Shown here: positions 8,729 to 17,479 of the stretch, piece by piece
Layout: every line of letters starts with the position of its first letter
Numbering within the stretch: position 1 is the stretch's first letter
Assembly (NCBI GenBank): GCA_964230645.1
Contig: CAXRHT010000001.1
Location: 896,001 to 960,000 of the forward strand
Length of the DNA: 64,000 nucleotides
Source: Bdellovibrionales bacterium
Lineage (GTDB): Bacteria > Bdellovibrionota > Bdellovibrionia > Bdellovibrionales > JAGQZY01
Direction of reading: 5' to 3'
Made by a program: the position numbers and the translations under genes
The notes under the pieces: model-generated
Told to the model about the DNA's origin: nothing
What the model saw: only the letters and a program-made list of their open reading frames with translations
Databases searched by the model: none

Positions 8729-9565
8729 ATGCGCATAAACGGGAAAGCTCTTATTTTAATACTTTTATTAACAGTGTTTTCAAACACCGTGCTTGCGCAA
8801 CTAAGCTACCGCGAGTACCGCTCCATTCGTTCCATTGGTGAACAAATTCTCGATCGTTTTCCCCCTGAGGACTTTCAGTATGTGGGCCTTGGTGCAAGTC
8901 CCACAGCCGTTATCGCCTATTTGGAATCCGTACTGGGTCCCGAAGCGGTTACCCATTTACCTCTTACAAACGGCATAATGTTAGCTCGGCATTACGAACT
9001 TCACTCGGAGACCTCTTCTCATCCTGAAGAAATTCTCAATCACCACTTTGACACTTTTCTTCCCCAGAAATTTACATCAAAGAAAAATATCCTAGTGATC
9101 GATTTTGCTAACACAGGGCTTTCTCTACAATTTGTCCATAAACGTTTAACGGATTATTTATTAGATCGTCCGGAGCGCGACCTCAACTTAGTCACTCTGG
9201 CTCTAGGAAGAAGAAAACTCTTTTTAGAAGCCTTGAGAGAGACAGGGCTTGAAACCTTAAGACTCTCAAACTTTGCCTACCATCTTTTTCTATCCCAAAG
9301 GTTTGATGAATTCAGGCGTTTTAAAAAATTAGACCTCTCAAGAGTCGACACCTTAAGAGGTTATAAACCACCAGAGATCAATAGATCTCCTCTTAGTTTT
9401 GACGAGTACCGAGAAATCATACGCCAAGACCATTTCGCCCCTGGTGATTACGACCACCTTCTAAGAGGCCTACAGGTACAGATGAAAAAAGACCCTCTTA
9501 ATCGAGATTTTTACGCTCCCAGAGAGTTCCAATCACCTATCCTCTATTGTCATTCTGTTTTCTGA
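8729..9565 (+). CDS. Secreted hypothetical protein with PRTase-like motif; ends YCHSVF
   Basis: Signal peptide; YVGLGASP and ILVIDFANTGLSL motifs. Confidence 0.65.
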   Translation: MRINGKALILILLLTVFSNTVLAQLSYREYRSIRSIGEQILDRFPPEDFQYVGLGASPTAVIAYLESVLGPEAVTHLPLTNGIMLARHYELHSETSSHPEEILNHHFDTFLPQKFTSKKNILVIDFANTGLSLQFVHKRLTDYLLDRPERDLNLVTLALGRRKLFLEALRETGLETLRLSNFAYHLFLSQRFDEFRRFKKLDLSRVDTLRGYKPPEINRSPLSFDEYREIIRQDHFAPGDYDHLLRGLQVQMKKDPLNRDFYAPREFQSPILYCHSVF

Positions 9566-9622
9566 ACTGAAAAAAACCTCTGCCCTCAGAATCTCATCTG
9601 ATAAAAAAGAAACGTCTAAAGA

Positions 9623-9934
9623 TTATTTCTTATAGATTCCAAGGTTCAAGACTTCCACTGAAACCTTACCTTCTTTAATTAGCTCACTCGCCCTGTCATA
9701 GAGATTAGAAGCCATTTGCTCAAGAAGCCCAGGGTCTCTACCAGAAAGCAGTTTTAAGGTAATCGCCGTATGAGGCTCTCCACTCACACTTCCTGCAAAA
9801 GAAATCCCAGGAGAATAAAACCTCGTTTTAACAGCTTCAATGGAAACTGTTTCCTGCTCCCCCATAAGCTTGTGCAAATTTTCAACGGTTTCTGAGGGTA
9901 GCTCAAGTGAGCTCTCAATAATTAAGTGTGGCAT
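9623..9934 (-). CDS. Tautomerase superfamily protein (CHMI-like)
   Basis: N-terminal catalytic Pro (MPHLIIE), VKTR and LLSGR motifs, 103 aa. Confidence 0.75.
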   Translation of the reverse strand: MPHLIIESSLELPSETVENLHKLMGEQETVSIEAVKTRFYSPGISFAGSVSGEPHTAITLKLLSGRDPGLLEQMASNLYDRASELIKEGKVSVEVLNLGIYKK

Positions 9935-10096
9935 CTTTTAAATCTCCCAAATTGAACCAAGAGTGGTTTGATATCCCATAGATAGGGAAGAGTCCAATGA
10001 TTTGAATCTGCCAATCACTCCCCCCCCACCAGAACCTAGGTCTAGGTCCCCGCTCTCTTAATGACTAAGAGTCCTTTTCTAGTAGACTTTAGTCTT

Positions 10097-10777
10097 ATGA
10101 AAACAATGATCTTAATAATCGCCTTTTTAGTGACAAGTCTTGGGGCCCAGGCCTATGAAACCTGCGCCACGGAGAGTTTAAATTCCAAAGAGAATCGCCT
10201 CCTATTAATGACTGATGACTCATTATCTCCAACGGTTTGGACTCAAGATGAAGCCAAAGACCTAAGCTTTTGCATAAGTCCTGACTTCAACAACGAATAC
10301 GACAAACTAGAAACAGCTCTTAGGTGGGCCGCTAATGAATGGATGAGTGTTGCTAACGTAGACTTTCTTTTACGAGAGGATCTCTCCTGTGAGACAAATT
10401 CCAATGTTTTATTCCCAGTGATTAAAGCCCCAAGAAGGGCACGCTATGCTGCCCGCGCCTTTTTCCCCAATTACCCCATTAAAAAGCAGCGCATCCAAGT
10501 CAGGCAACAACATGTTAGAAACCAAGCTCTAGGTGAAATAAAATGGCTCATGCTTCACGAGTTAGGACATGTCCTAGGATTTAGACACGAACATATCCAT
10601 CCTGACCAAGGTGGCAGCTGCCCCGAAAAAAATGGTGCTAATTACGTTGATCTCACAGTCTACGATCCACTCTCGGTCATGCACTATGCTTTATGTAAGG
10701 ATAATAAGACTAAAAACTTCGTACTTTCTGAAAAAGACAAAGAAGGGGCCGAAGCCACCTACCCTTTTACCAGATAA
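10097..10777 (+). CDS. Secreted zinc metalloprotease (matrixin/M57-like metzincin)
   Basis: HELGHVLGFRHEH zinc motif and YDPLSVMHY Met-turn; signal peptide from ATG 10097. Confidence 0.85.
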   Translation: MKTMILIIAFLVTSLGAQAYETCATESLNSKENRLLLMTDDSLSPTVWTQDEAKDLSFCISPDFNNEYDKLETALRWAANEWMSVANVDFLLREDLSCETNSNVLFPVIKAPRRARYAARAFFPNYPIKKQRIQVRQQHVRNQALGEIKWLMLHELGHVLGFRHEHIHPDQGGSCPEKNGANYVDLTVYDPLSVMHYALCKDNKTKNFVLSEKDKEGAEATYPFTR

Positions 10778-10798
10778 ACTGAAAGTCCCTAAATTTAT

Positions 10799-10993
10799 TT
10801 AATAATGCGGAGGAGGTGTCTCAAGGCTAGCGTCTTTGAGTCCAGAGTCATCCTTAGCTTCAATAGCCGTTTTGACAATTTTCTCAAGGGATTCCACTTC
10901 TTTGCGAAGTTCGATGACTACATTATTAAGGTCCTCAATAATCTGATCCTGATAGGTAATTTTAGTTTCTAATTCTGTAAGACGCTCTTCCAT
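10799..10993 (-). CDS. slyX: SlyX family protein
   Basis: ERLTELETKITYQDQIIEDLN...ETPPPHY signature. Confidence 0.9.
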   Translation of the reverse strand: MEERLTELETKITYQDQIIEDLNNVVIELRKEVESLEKIVKTAIEAKDDSGLKDASLETPPPHY

Positions 10994-11260
10994 GGCCAGT
11001 AACTACCACCGAACCTCTTCCTGAGAAATGACTTTTTTCTCCAAAGCAAGCCGAGCCCAAAGAACCCTGCAAGCTCTTGAAATTTGAAATATTTAAACGA
11101 ATCCAAAGCCCTCCTGACGAAAACCCCTTTAAATGCTCAAAATAAAAGCACACCCAGCCAACACCCACGAAAATCCCCAATTAAAACCCCACCGAATCAT
11201 TTGACTTTAAGCCCCAAATTCTAGATAACCAAGGGTCTCAAAAATAAGAGAAGACCTACT

Positions 11261-11340
<80 letters not shown>

Positions 11341-11640
11341 TTAGGCTCATTCAATTGAGCCATTTTCTCAACTACCCAATTTTGTTAACCAATGGAATCA
11401 GCCGCTTAGAGTGTTCGCCCCTTCGAAGTATCATTTTTAATCAGCAAATTTCTTTAAGTTTGCCAGATTCAATGCCTGATTTTGCCTGACGATTTATTGT
11501 TCCAATATATAAATAGATGACAGCGTCTTATCCCAACATTTAAGCAACTTTAGTTCTCTTCACTGAGGCAACAGCGCAGTCACATTAAAAGTTAAACTTT
11601 ATCTACGACAATGCATCCCACAAAATTCTGTTTTTGTTTG

Positions 11641-11670
11641 TATTGCAAAATGTAATCAATAATTATTGCA
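11641..11670 (+). promoter_or_regulatory. Putative operator/promoter of the defence operon
   Basis: Perfect palindrome CAATAATTATTG (11657-11668) and TATTGCA direct repeats (11641, 11664), just upstream of an AAGGAGG RBS. Confidence 0.45.
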
Positions 11671-11694
11671 TAAAGTATTTCTAAGGAGGGGAAG

Positions 11695-11901
11695 ATGGAA
11701 ACTTTAGCTCTACAAAAGAAAAACAAGAGGGACTCAACTTTAACCGTTAGACTCCCCGAAAACATCTACACTAAAGTAAAACGAATTGCGAAAAATCTTA
11801 ATCGTAGCCAATCAGAGATTGTTGAACTTGGAATACTGTTGGTCGATAAAGAGTTCCAAAAAAAGTTTGGAAACAAAAAAAGAGAAAAAGGCTCCAAATG
11901 A
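11695..11901 (+). CDS. Ribbon-helix-helix (CopG/Arc-like) DNA-binding protein
   Basis: STLTVRLPENIYTKVKRIA..NRSQSEIVELGI strand-helix-helix pattern; AAGGAGG RBS; ATGA overlap with the next gene. Confidence 0.8.
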   Translation: METLALQKKNKRDSTLTVRLPENIYTKVKRIAKNLNRSQSEIVELGILLVDKEFQKKFGNKKREKGSK

Positions 11902-13451
11902 GCACATCTTCTCTAGGCTCTATAAATCTTCAGAAGTACCTGTCAGGTTGTGGTGGCGCTGTGCGTGGCACCATGTTGAATGACTGTAAGAACAGATTTT
12001 ATTCAGAAGACTACGAGTTCCGGACATTAAAGAAAAGCTTGATAGCAATCTCCAAGAAAAACGGCACCGGTGACACCGTGGTATTTCCTGCAACTATTCC
12101 TATTTCTCCTGAGATAGTTGCTTTTATGGGGTTATATAGCGGTGATGGAGCCAAAGGCAGTGAGGACCCCAAAAAACCAGGTGCACTGAAAACCTCTATT
12201 GCGTTCTCACAAAGAGAACCTAATTTAGTAAAATTTGCCGTTGGTTCATTCAGATACCTATTTGGTTCCAGTGTTAGATTTACTTACTCTCTTGGCGAAG
12301 ACAGTGCCTACTTTATGGCAGACGAAGGGCTTGAAAAGCTTAAAAAACACTACAATGGGAAATTACCAAGAATACCAAAGCTTAGCTCCATTAGAACCAA
12401 TTTAAATGCTGCAGATGTACGCTACTTACAAGAAAGACGACCCGTTCCTGGTAGTAATGAGGAGCACTTGGCCTTCTATTATTTTCACAAAGCAGCAATG
12501 GAAAAGATCTTGGCCGCCGAAAAGCTAAAAGAGATTCAGAGAGCAGGGATAAGTATTGGCCGGGAAGATAAAATTAGAGCCTCCCTTCGGAGGCCATTCA
12601 AAAAAGGCGCGAGGTCTCCAGGGGGAAGCAGCCGATCCGACGAGTTGTACCTTGGTGGCTTGAATGGTTTTGGCGAATTGTTTTTGCGGATCCTGCAAAG
12701 TGCTGAAGAAACTCTCCTGGAAAACATTGAAAAGTCTAGGGATGACCTCATCCACTGGGAAAAGAAGCCTGAAGAAGGTACCACACTAGATTTATATGAT
12801 TTTTTTACTAATAGTAAGTACTCAAAAATTGAAGGCAGCAGTCCGAAAGTTGAACAATCTGGTCCATATCAACTAAAAGCTAAGTGGGGGACAGGAAAAG
12901 AACTTCTAATAAATAGCAAAATCGACATCAGCCCCCTTTGGCTATATGGTGCAGGACTTTATCTTGCTGAAGGAAGCACTCCTAAGAGCAAATTTTTTTC
13001 GATGTATAAAAGAAAAGAGACTGGGTTTGCAGTTGGATTCACCTCTTCTGAGGGAGCTAGCTTAGAGCTCTACTTAAAATGCCTACAGAAAATTTTTCGC
13101 AAAGAGGATTGCGTTTCAAATTGGAAAATCAAAGTTGGATCACAATATTTCCCCGAACTTGTTAATATTGGGCTGAAATGGGGTATGCCTATGTTGCGCG
13201 GTGGGAATAGCGGAGATGGCAAACTAAGAACGGCCGAAATTTCAATCGACCTTAAAGACTGGGGCCTAAATGTCGCTGACTACCTAAAAAACTATGAAGA
13301 ACTTTTCACTCACGTTGAGCCAACAGGCGCTGGCGTCCCAAGGGTTGATGTTTCAGCGTCCTCAGCATTATCAAAATGGTTTTTTACCTTAATGATGTAC
13401 AGTGTCTTTCATAGAATTTCACCAAACCCAAAGGATGACTTCTGTGATTAA
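11898..13451 (+). CDS. Protein with two LAGLIDADG-like domains (putative endonuclease)
   Basis: ISPEIVAFMGLYSGDGAK..IAFSQREP and ISPLWLYGAGLYLAEGST..VGFTSSEG; both keep the acidic residue (D83, E358). Confidence 0.65.
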   Translation: MSTSSLGSINLQKYLSGCGGAVRGTMLNDCKNRFYSEDYEFRTLKKSLIAISKKNGTGDTVVFPATIPISPEIVAFMGLYSGDGAKGSEDPKKPGALKTSIAFSQREPNLVKFAVGSFRYLFGSSVRFTYSLGEDSAYFMADEGLEKLKKHYNGKLPRIPKLSSIRTNLNAADVRYLQERRPVPGSNEEHLAFYYFHKAAMEKILAAEKLKEIQRAGISIGREDKIRASLRRPFKKGARSPGGSSRSDELYLGGLNGFGELFLRILQSAEETLLENIEKSRDDLIHWEKKPEEGTTLDLYDFFTNSKYSKIEGSSPKVEQSGPYQLKAKWGTGKELLINSKIDISPLWLYGAGLYLAEGSTPKSKFFSMYKRKETGFAVGFTSSEGASLELYLKCLQKIFRKEDCVSNWKIKVGSQYFPELVNIGLKWGMPMLRGGNSGDGKLRTAEISIDLKDWGLNVADYLKNYEELFTHVEPTGAGVPRVDVSASSALSKWFFTLMMYSVFHRISPNPKDDFCD

Positions 13452-14436
13452 CAGCCTAATAATACCGTGCCCATTACAACCAGGTACTGAGATAGAATGT
13501 CCAGAGGAAGCCAAAGAATATCTTGCTGAATACCTCGAAAGCGTTTCTTCTTCGATTGAAGAAGAATGCCTCTCTGCCTCAATGTTAATGTCAGCTACAT
13601 ACGCTGACTTCATTCTAAATTCTAAGATTACAGAAAACTGGTTAGATATTTTTGAATCTCAATTACTTGATGGAGATAGTACTCCAGTCGAGTACACAGA
13701 ATGCTTTGGAAAGCAGCTGTATAAATTCAATTGCTGGAAACAAACGACCGTCCATTCAAATTATGTCTGGTGGTGGCTCAGCTCAACACTTGGAAACGAT
13801 ATAACAGAGAAAGTATTGGACAACCTCACTACGTTCAAACAGGGCTCAGGTTGGTTCTTTAATAAAGAGGTCAGCTGCACAAACCCTAGAACAAGAATGA
13901 AAACAGAACTATTGATGAATTTGTCACTGACAGCTGAAATTGCAAAGGCCTCTGATACTCAAAGAACACTTATTGCAAACCTGGAAAGCACAGCCTCTTC
14001 AGTGCCAAATCTAGGATTTTTAGGAGCAGAGTATTATAGGGCAAAATGCCTATCAATGGAGAATGAACAGTTTCAAGCCAACGATTTAGAGGCACTTTTT
14101 GATGCATGCTCCACGCCTATTGGCTTCAGTGATTTTAATGTAACATCAAAGAAAGATGATTACATGGGAACAGCTAAAAGGGTTGGTAGGGACGCAGCAA
14201 TAATGTCGCCAATAATCAATCTTTATGCACATGAACTAAGCCCCCTCGTCAATGATGAAACAAAGACCAAAATTCTAGTGGGTGTCAAAAGTGCTATGAG
14301 GTTTTTGGAAGATAACCCTCTAAATTTACCAGGATACACAATAAGGGACACAGGTTTTTTATTCGGAAGTGGCGTAACCCCTAACGAAGTAATTAGCTCA
14401 ATTTTTTTGTTAAACCTTCAACATCATGGATTATAG
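13435..14436 (+). CDS. Hypothetical protein, possible alpha/alpha-barrel (prenyltransferase/squalene-cyclase-like)
   Basis: Likely ATG at 13435 overlapping the upstream stop; helical pattern with KQGSGWF and ACSTPIGF motifs. The CDS is secure; the fold is inference. Confidence 0.55.
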   Translation: MTSVINSLIIPCPLQPGTEIECPEEAKEYLAEYLESVSSSIEEECLSASMLMSATYADFILNSKITENWLDIFESQLLDGDSTPVEYTECFGKQLYKFNCWKQTTVHSNYVWWWLSSTLGNDITEKVLDNLTTFKQGSGWFFNKEVSCTNPRTRMKTELLMNLSLTAEIAKASDTQRTLIANLESTASSVPNLGFLGAEYYRAKCLSMENEQFQANDLEALFDACSTPIGFSDFNVTSKKDDYMGTAKRVGRDAAIMSPIINLYAHELSPLVNDETKTKILVGVKSAMRFLEDNPLNLPGYTIRDTGFLFGSGVTPNEVISSIFLLNLQHHGL

Positions 14437-14456
14437 ACCAATAAAAGGAGAACTCG

Positions 14457-16058
14457 TTGAAACACAACTATGATCAACAGCTTGAATTTGACGAAGTCAA
14501 TAGCGGAGAAGACAAAAATATGCTCTTTCCTAAAACCTATATACAGCCATTTGAGCGAGTTTTAGCAGAGCTCGAATTAAATACTTTTGTAGATAAAAAA
14601 TTCGACCTAGCCAGCTATGACATCAGCTCCGACGAACTAAAGCCAATTAGCCCTCCCCCAAAGCACAATGAATTCCTAAACAGAACTGCTTACTGGGAAA
14701 GGATAGGCCCCGGAAAACAACACCTATCACTTCAAGTAAAAGTTGAAGCCACTCAAGCGCTTAATATCAAGTCAAAACTACATCGCGCAAGAAGGCTTCG
14801 GTACGGACCCCATGATTTCCACGAATACCGCGGCAAGTTTTTTCCACAGCTTGTCAGGTCAATATTGAATATTACCCATGTTGAAGTCGGTGCTACTGTC
14901 CTTGATCCATTTAGTGGGTCCGGGACAACTCTTGCTGAGGCCACCTCAACGGGCATGAAAACAATTGGTACCGACATGAATCCCCTATCTGTACTCGTAT
15001 CAAAAGCTAAGACTGAAATTTATCAACTTGGACATAGGCAATTAGAACGACTGATTAAAAAACTTATATCGAATGTTAATAAATACGACGGGACACAAGA
15101 AGACCTTAAAAAAGTCTGGTCCCAGACTGATATAGAGTACCTTGAGAGATGGTTTCCAAGGCATACGTTGAATGAACTAGCTTTTGTCAGAAGAACTTGT
15201 GACAAAATTAGCAACAAGGACAACGTCGTAATCTTTCATGCCTGGCTCAGTAATATTATCAGAGGCGTCTCATGGCAAAAGGCCGAAGACCTTCGCGTTC
15301 GAAAAGAAATTCGAAAAATCCCAAAAAACGAAGCAATAAGGAATTTCTTGTCTGAAGTTGAAAAGCAAACATCCCGAGTATTGCCTTACCTTGAAGTATT
15401 AGAACAACACGAGCCTAGTTTCCATACAGCAAAGGTATTGCTGTCAGACGCAAGAAGCCTCACAACCTCACATCCAGACCTTTTGGGAAGAGTTGACTCA
15501 ATTATTACATCGCCACCATACGCAACAGCGCTCCCTTATCTAGACACAGATAGATTAAGCCTGATAGTTCTGGGGCTACTTCCTAGGAACCAGCATAGAA
15601 GTCAAGAAACCGACATGATTGGTACTCGGGAAGTAACTGAGCGAAAGCGAAAAGACCTATGGGATACTTATCTTTCGCGAAAAAATGAGCTCCCAAACTC
15701 AATTACCACCGTCATTGACCTGGTTGCGAAGCATAACCATCAGGATGAGGTAGGATTCCGCCGCAGAAACCTACCTGCCTTATTAGGTAAGTATTTTCTC
15801 GACATGGCTGATGTATTAAACGAGTCAAAGGCCGCCCTGAGACCCAAAGGATATGCTACATACGTGGTAGGAAACAATAGCACCAATCTTAGCGGCCAAA
15901 AAACTATTATTCCTACAGATGAGTTCCTATGGGAGCTAGGAGAACATATAGGATTAAAACAAGTCAGAGCGATCAATATGGAACTACTCACCTCTAGAGA
16001 TATATTCAAAGAAAACAGGGGCTCTAGCGAAACAATTTTAATTTTTCAAAAGGATTAA
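14457..16058 (+). CDS. Amino-DNA methyltransferase (likely N4-cytosine) with N-terminal extension
   Basis: HDFHEYRGKFFPQ, VLDPFSGSGTT (SAM motif I), IITSPPY (motif IV); AAGGAG RBS before TTG. Confidence 0.88.
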   Translation: MKHNYDQQLEFDEVNSGEDKNMLFPKTYIQPFERVLAELELNTFVDKKFDLASYDISSDELKPISPPPKHNEFLNRTAYWERIGPGKQHLSLQVKVEATQALNIKSKLHRARRLRYGPHDFHEYRGKFFPQLVRSILNITHVEVGATVLDPFSGSGTTLAEATSTGMKTIGTDMNPLSVLVSKAKTEIYQLGHRQLERLIKKLISNVNKYDGTQEDLKKVWSQTDIEYLERWFPRHTLNELAFVRRTCDKISNKDNVVIFHAWLSNIIRGVSWQKAEDLRVRKEIRKIPKNEAIRNFLSEVEKQTSRVLPYLEVLEQHEPSFHTAKVLLSDARSLTTSHPDLLGRVDSIITSPPYATALPYLDTDRLSLIVLGLLPRNQHRSQETDMIGTREVTERKRKDLWDTYLSRKNELPNSITTVIDLVAKHNHQDEVGFRRRNLPALLGKYFLDMADVLNESKAALRPKGYATYVVGNNSTNLSGQKTIIPTDEFLWELGEHIGLKQVRAINMELLTSRDIFKENRGSSETILIFQKD

Positions 16059-16060
16059 GA

Positions 16061-17215
16061 ATGGAAATCAGAACATCTATATACACAGACAAAGATTTAC
16101 CTGAATTGCGAAAAGTAGGCATTGATTGGGATTTCTATGATGCTAAGACAAACAGCTACTTGCACAAACTCCATCCATACCCAGCTAAATTCATCCCCCA
16201 GATACCGCACAAAGCTATAAGTGAATGGAGCAAAAAAGGCGACATGATTCTTGACCCCTTTTGCGGCTCAGGGACAACCCTGCTAGAGGCCTCGCTACTG
16301 ATGAGGCCGTCCTTGGGTGTAGACAACAACGGTGTCGCTTGCCTTGTTAGCAAAGTGAAAACTACTAAATACTCGAAAAATGACATAAAGTGCTTCTCAG
16401 AGCTTCTTGAATCAATAAAAGAATCTAAGTCAAAAAAGAAGAACCCATCCACAGCGCCAAGTTATAAAAATATGGACTATTGGTTTGAAGAGGACGCAAT
16501 AGGTGATTTGTCTAAGATAAAATCTTCTATCTTAGAATTTGAGAACAAGAAAGTTGAAGATCTAGGCATGGCAATAATGTCCTCGATAATTGTGAGAACA
16601 TCCAAGCAGGATAGTGACACCAGATACTCCAGAATTGATCGCGAATATTCTAAAGGCGATGCTTTTGATTGGTTCCTGAGAAAAGCGAAGACTATCACAA
16701 AGGATCTCTTAGAGTACGTTGATGTAAAAAGAGAAAAATCTAAGGTCAAGCTTGGAGACTCCAGAAAGTTAAAGTTTATTGGGGACAACAGCGTTGATCT
16801 CATTGTAACGTCTCCTCCGTATTTGAATGCCTACGACTACCATAAATATCATAGACATAGACTTCATTGGATAAATGCTGATGTCCCCTTTGCCCGGGAT
16901 CTAGAGATTGGCAAACATGATACCTTTACCCGACCCAAAGCAACTCCTGATCGATATTTCCATGATATGAAGGAATGTTTTACGGAATGGTCTCGCGTTC
17001 TTAAAAAAGGCAAAAAGGCATTTGTTGTCGTCGGCGATGCAATAGTTAGCAAGCAACCAGTCCCTGTTGCTGATCTACTAATTGAAGTCGGACTTGAAAG
17101 CGGATTACTTATTGAACAGCATTACGTCAGGGAGATCAGGAAAGATAAAAAAGCCTTTAACCCCTCTAATTCAAGACTTGGACAAGAGCATTTACTTTTA
17201 TTCAAGAACAAATAG
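16061..17215 (+). CDS. Amino-DNA methyltransferase (likely N4-cytosine)
   Basis: HKLHPYPAKFIPQ, ILDPFCGSGTT, IVTSPPY, WSRVLKKGK. Confidence 0.9.
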   Translation: MEIRTSIYTDKDLPELRKVGIDWDFYDAKTNSYLHKLHPYPAKFIPQIPHKAISEWSKKGDMILDPFCGSGTTLLEASLLMRPSLGVDNNGVACLVSKVKTTKYSKNDIKCFSELLESIKESKSKKKNPSTAPSYKNMDYWFEEDAIGDLSKIKSSILEFENKKVEDLGMAIMSSIIVRTSKQDSDTRYSRIDREYSKGDAFDWFLRKAKTITKDLLEYVDVKREKSKVKLGDSRKLKFIGDNSVDLIVTSPPYLNAYDYHKYHRHRLHWINADVPFARDLEIGKHDTFTRPKATPDRYFHDMKECFTEWSRVLKKGKKAFVVVGDAIVSKQPVPVADLLIEVGLESGLLIEQHYVREIRKDKKAFNPSNSRLGQEHLLLFKNK

Positions 17216-17361
17216 GACTTTATTATGGAAAAAGGATATTGAGTTCCAGTAGTTGGTAAATACACTTCAAATGATTTAACTGTTTAAAGACGTGAAAAAT
17301 ATTAAATGGCTCGGGTTAATCTCGCGCTCGTTTTTGCAACTTACAACTCTGTCCCAAAACC

Positions 17362-17479
17362 TATAGTGCTGATTTCCAAGGTCAGCATACGTGGCGTTTC
17401 GCAGAGGTCTTCTGGCCTTCGCCTCCTCTGTAGCCGTTCGATGAATATACGTCTCTAGTCCTTGAAATTTACCGATATG
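17362..17479. repeat. Imperfect palindromic element (REP/MITE-like or structured RNA)
   Basis: ATTTCCAAGG (17372) / CCTTGAAAT (17460) outer arms; inner GCAGAGG/CCTCTGT and AGGTC/GGCCT stems. Confidence 0.3.

Noticed and set aside
11201..11230. Sigma-70 promoter for the tRNA (TTGACT)
   Set aside because: Good -35 but no convincing -10 at 16-18 bp spacing
11898..13451. Intein or group I intron-encoded homing endonuclease
   Set aside because: No N-terminal splice block, no His-Asn end and no interrupted host gene; it is a coupled operon member
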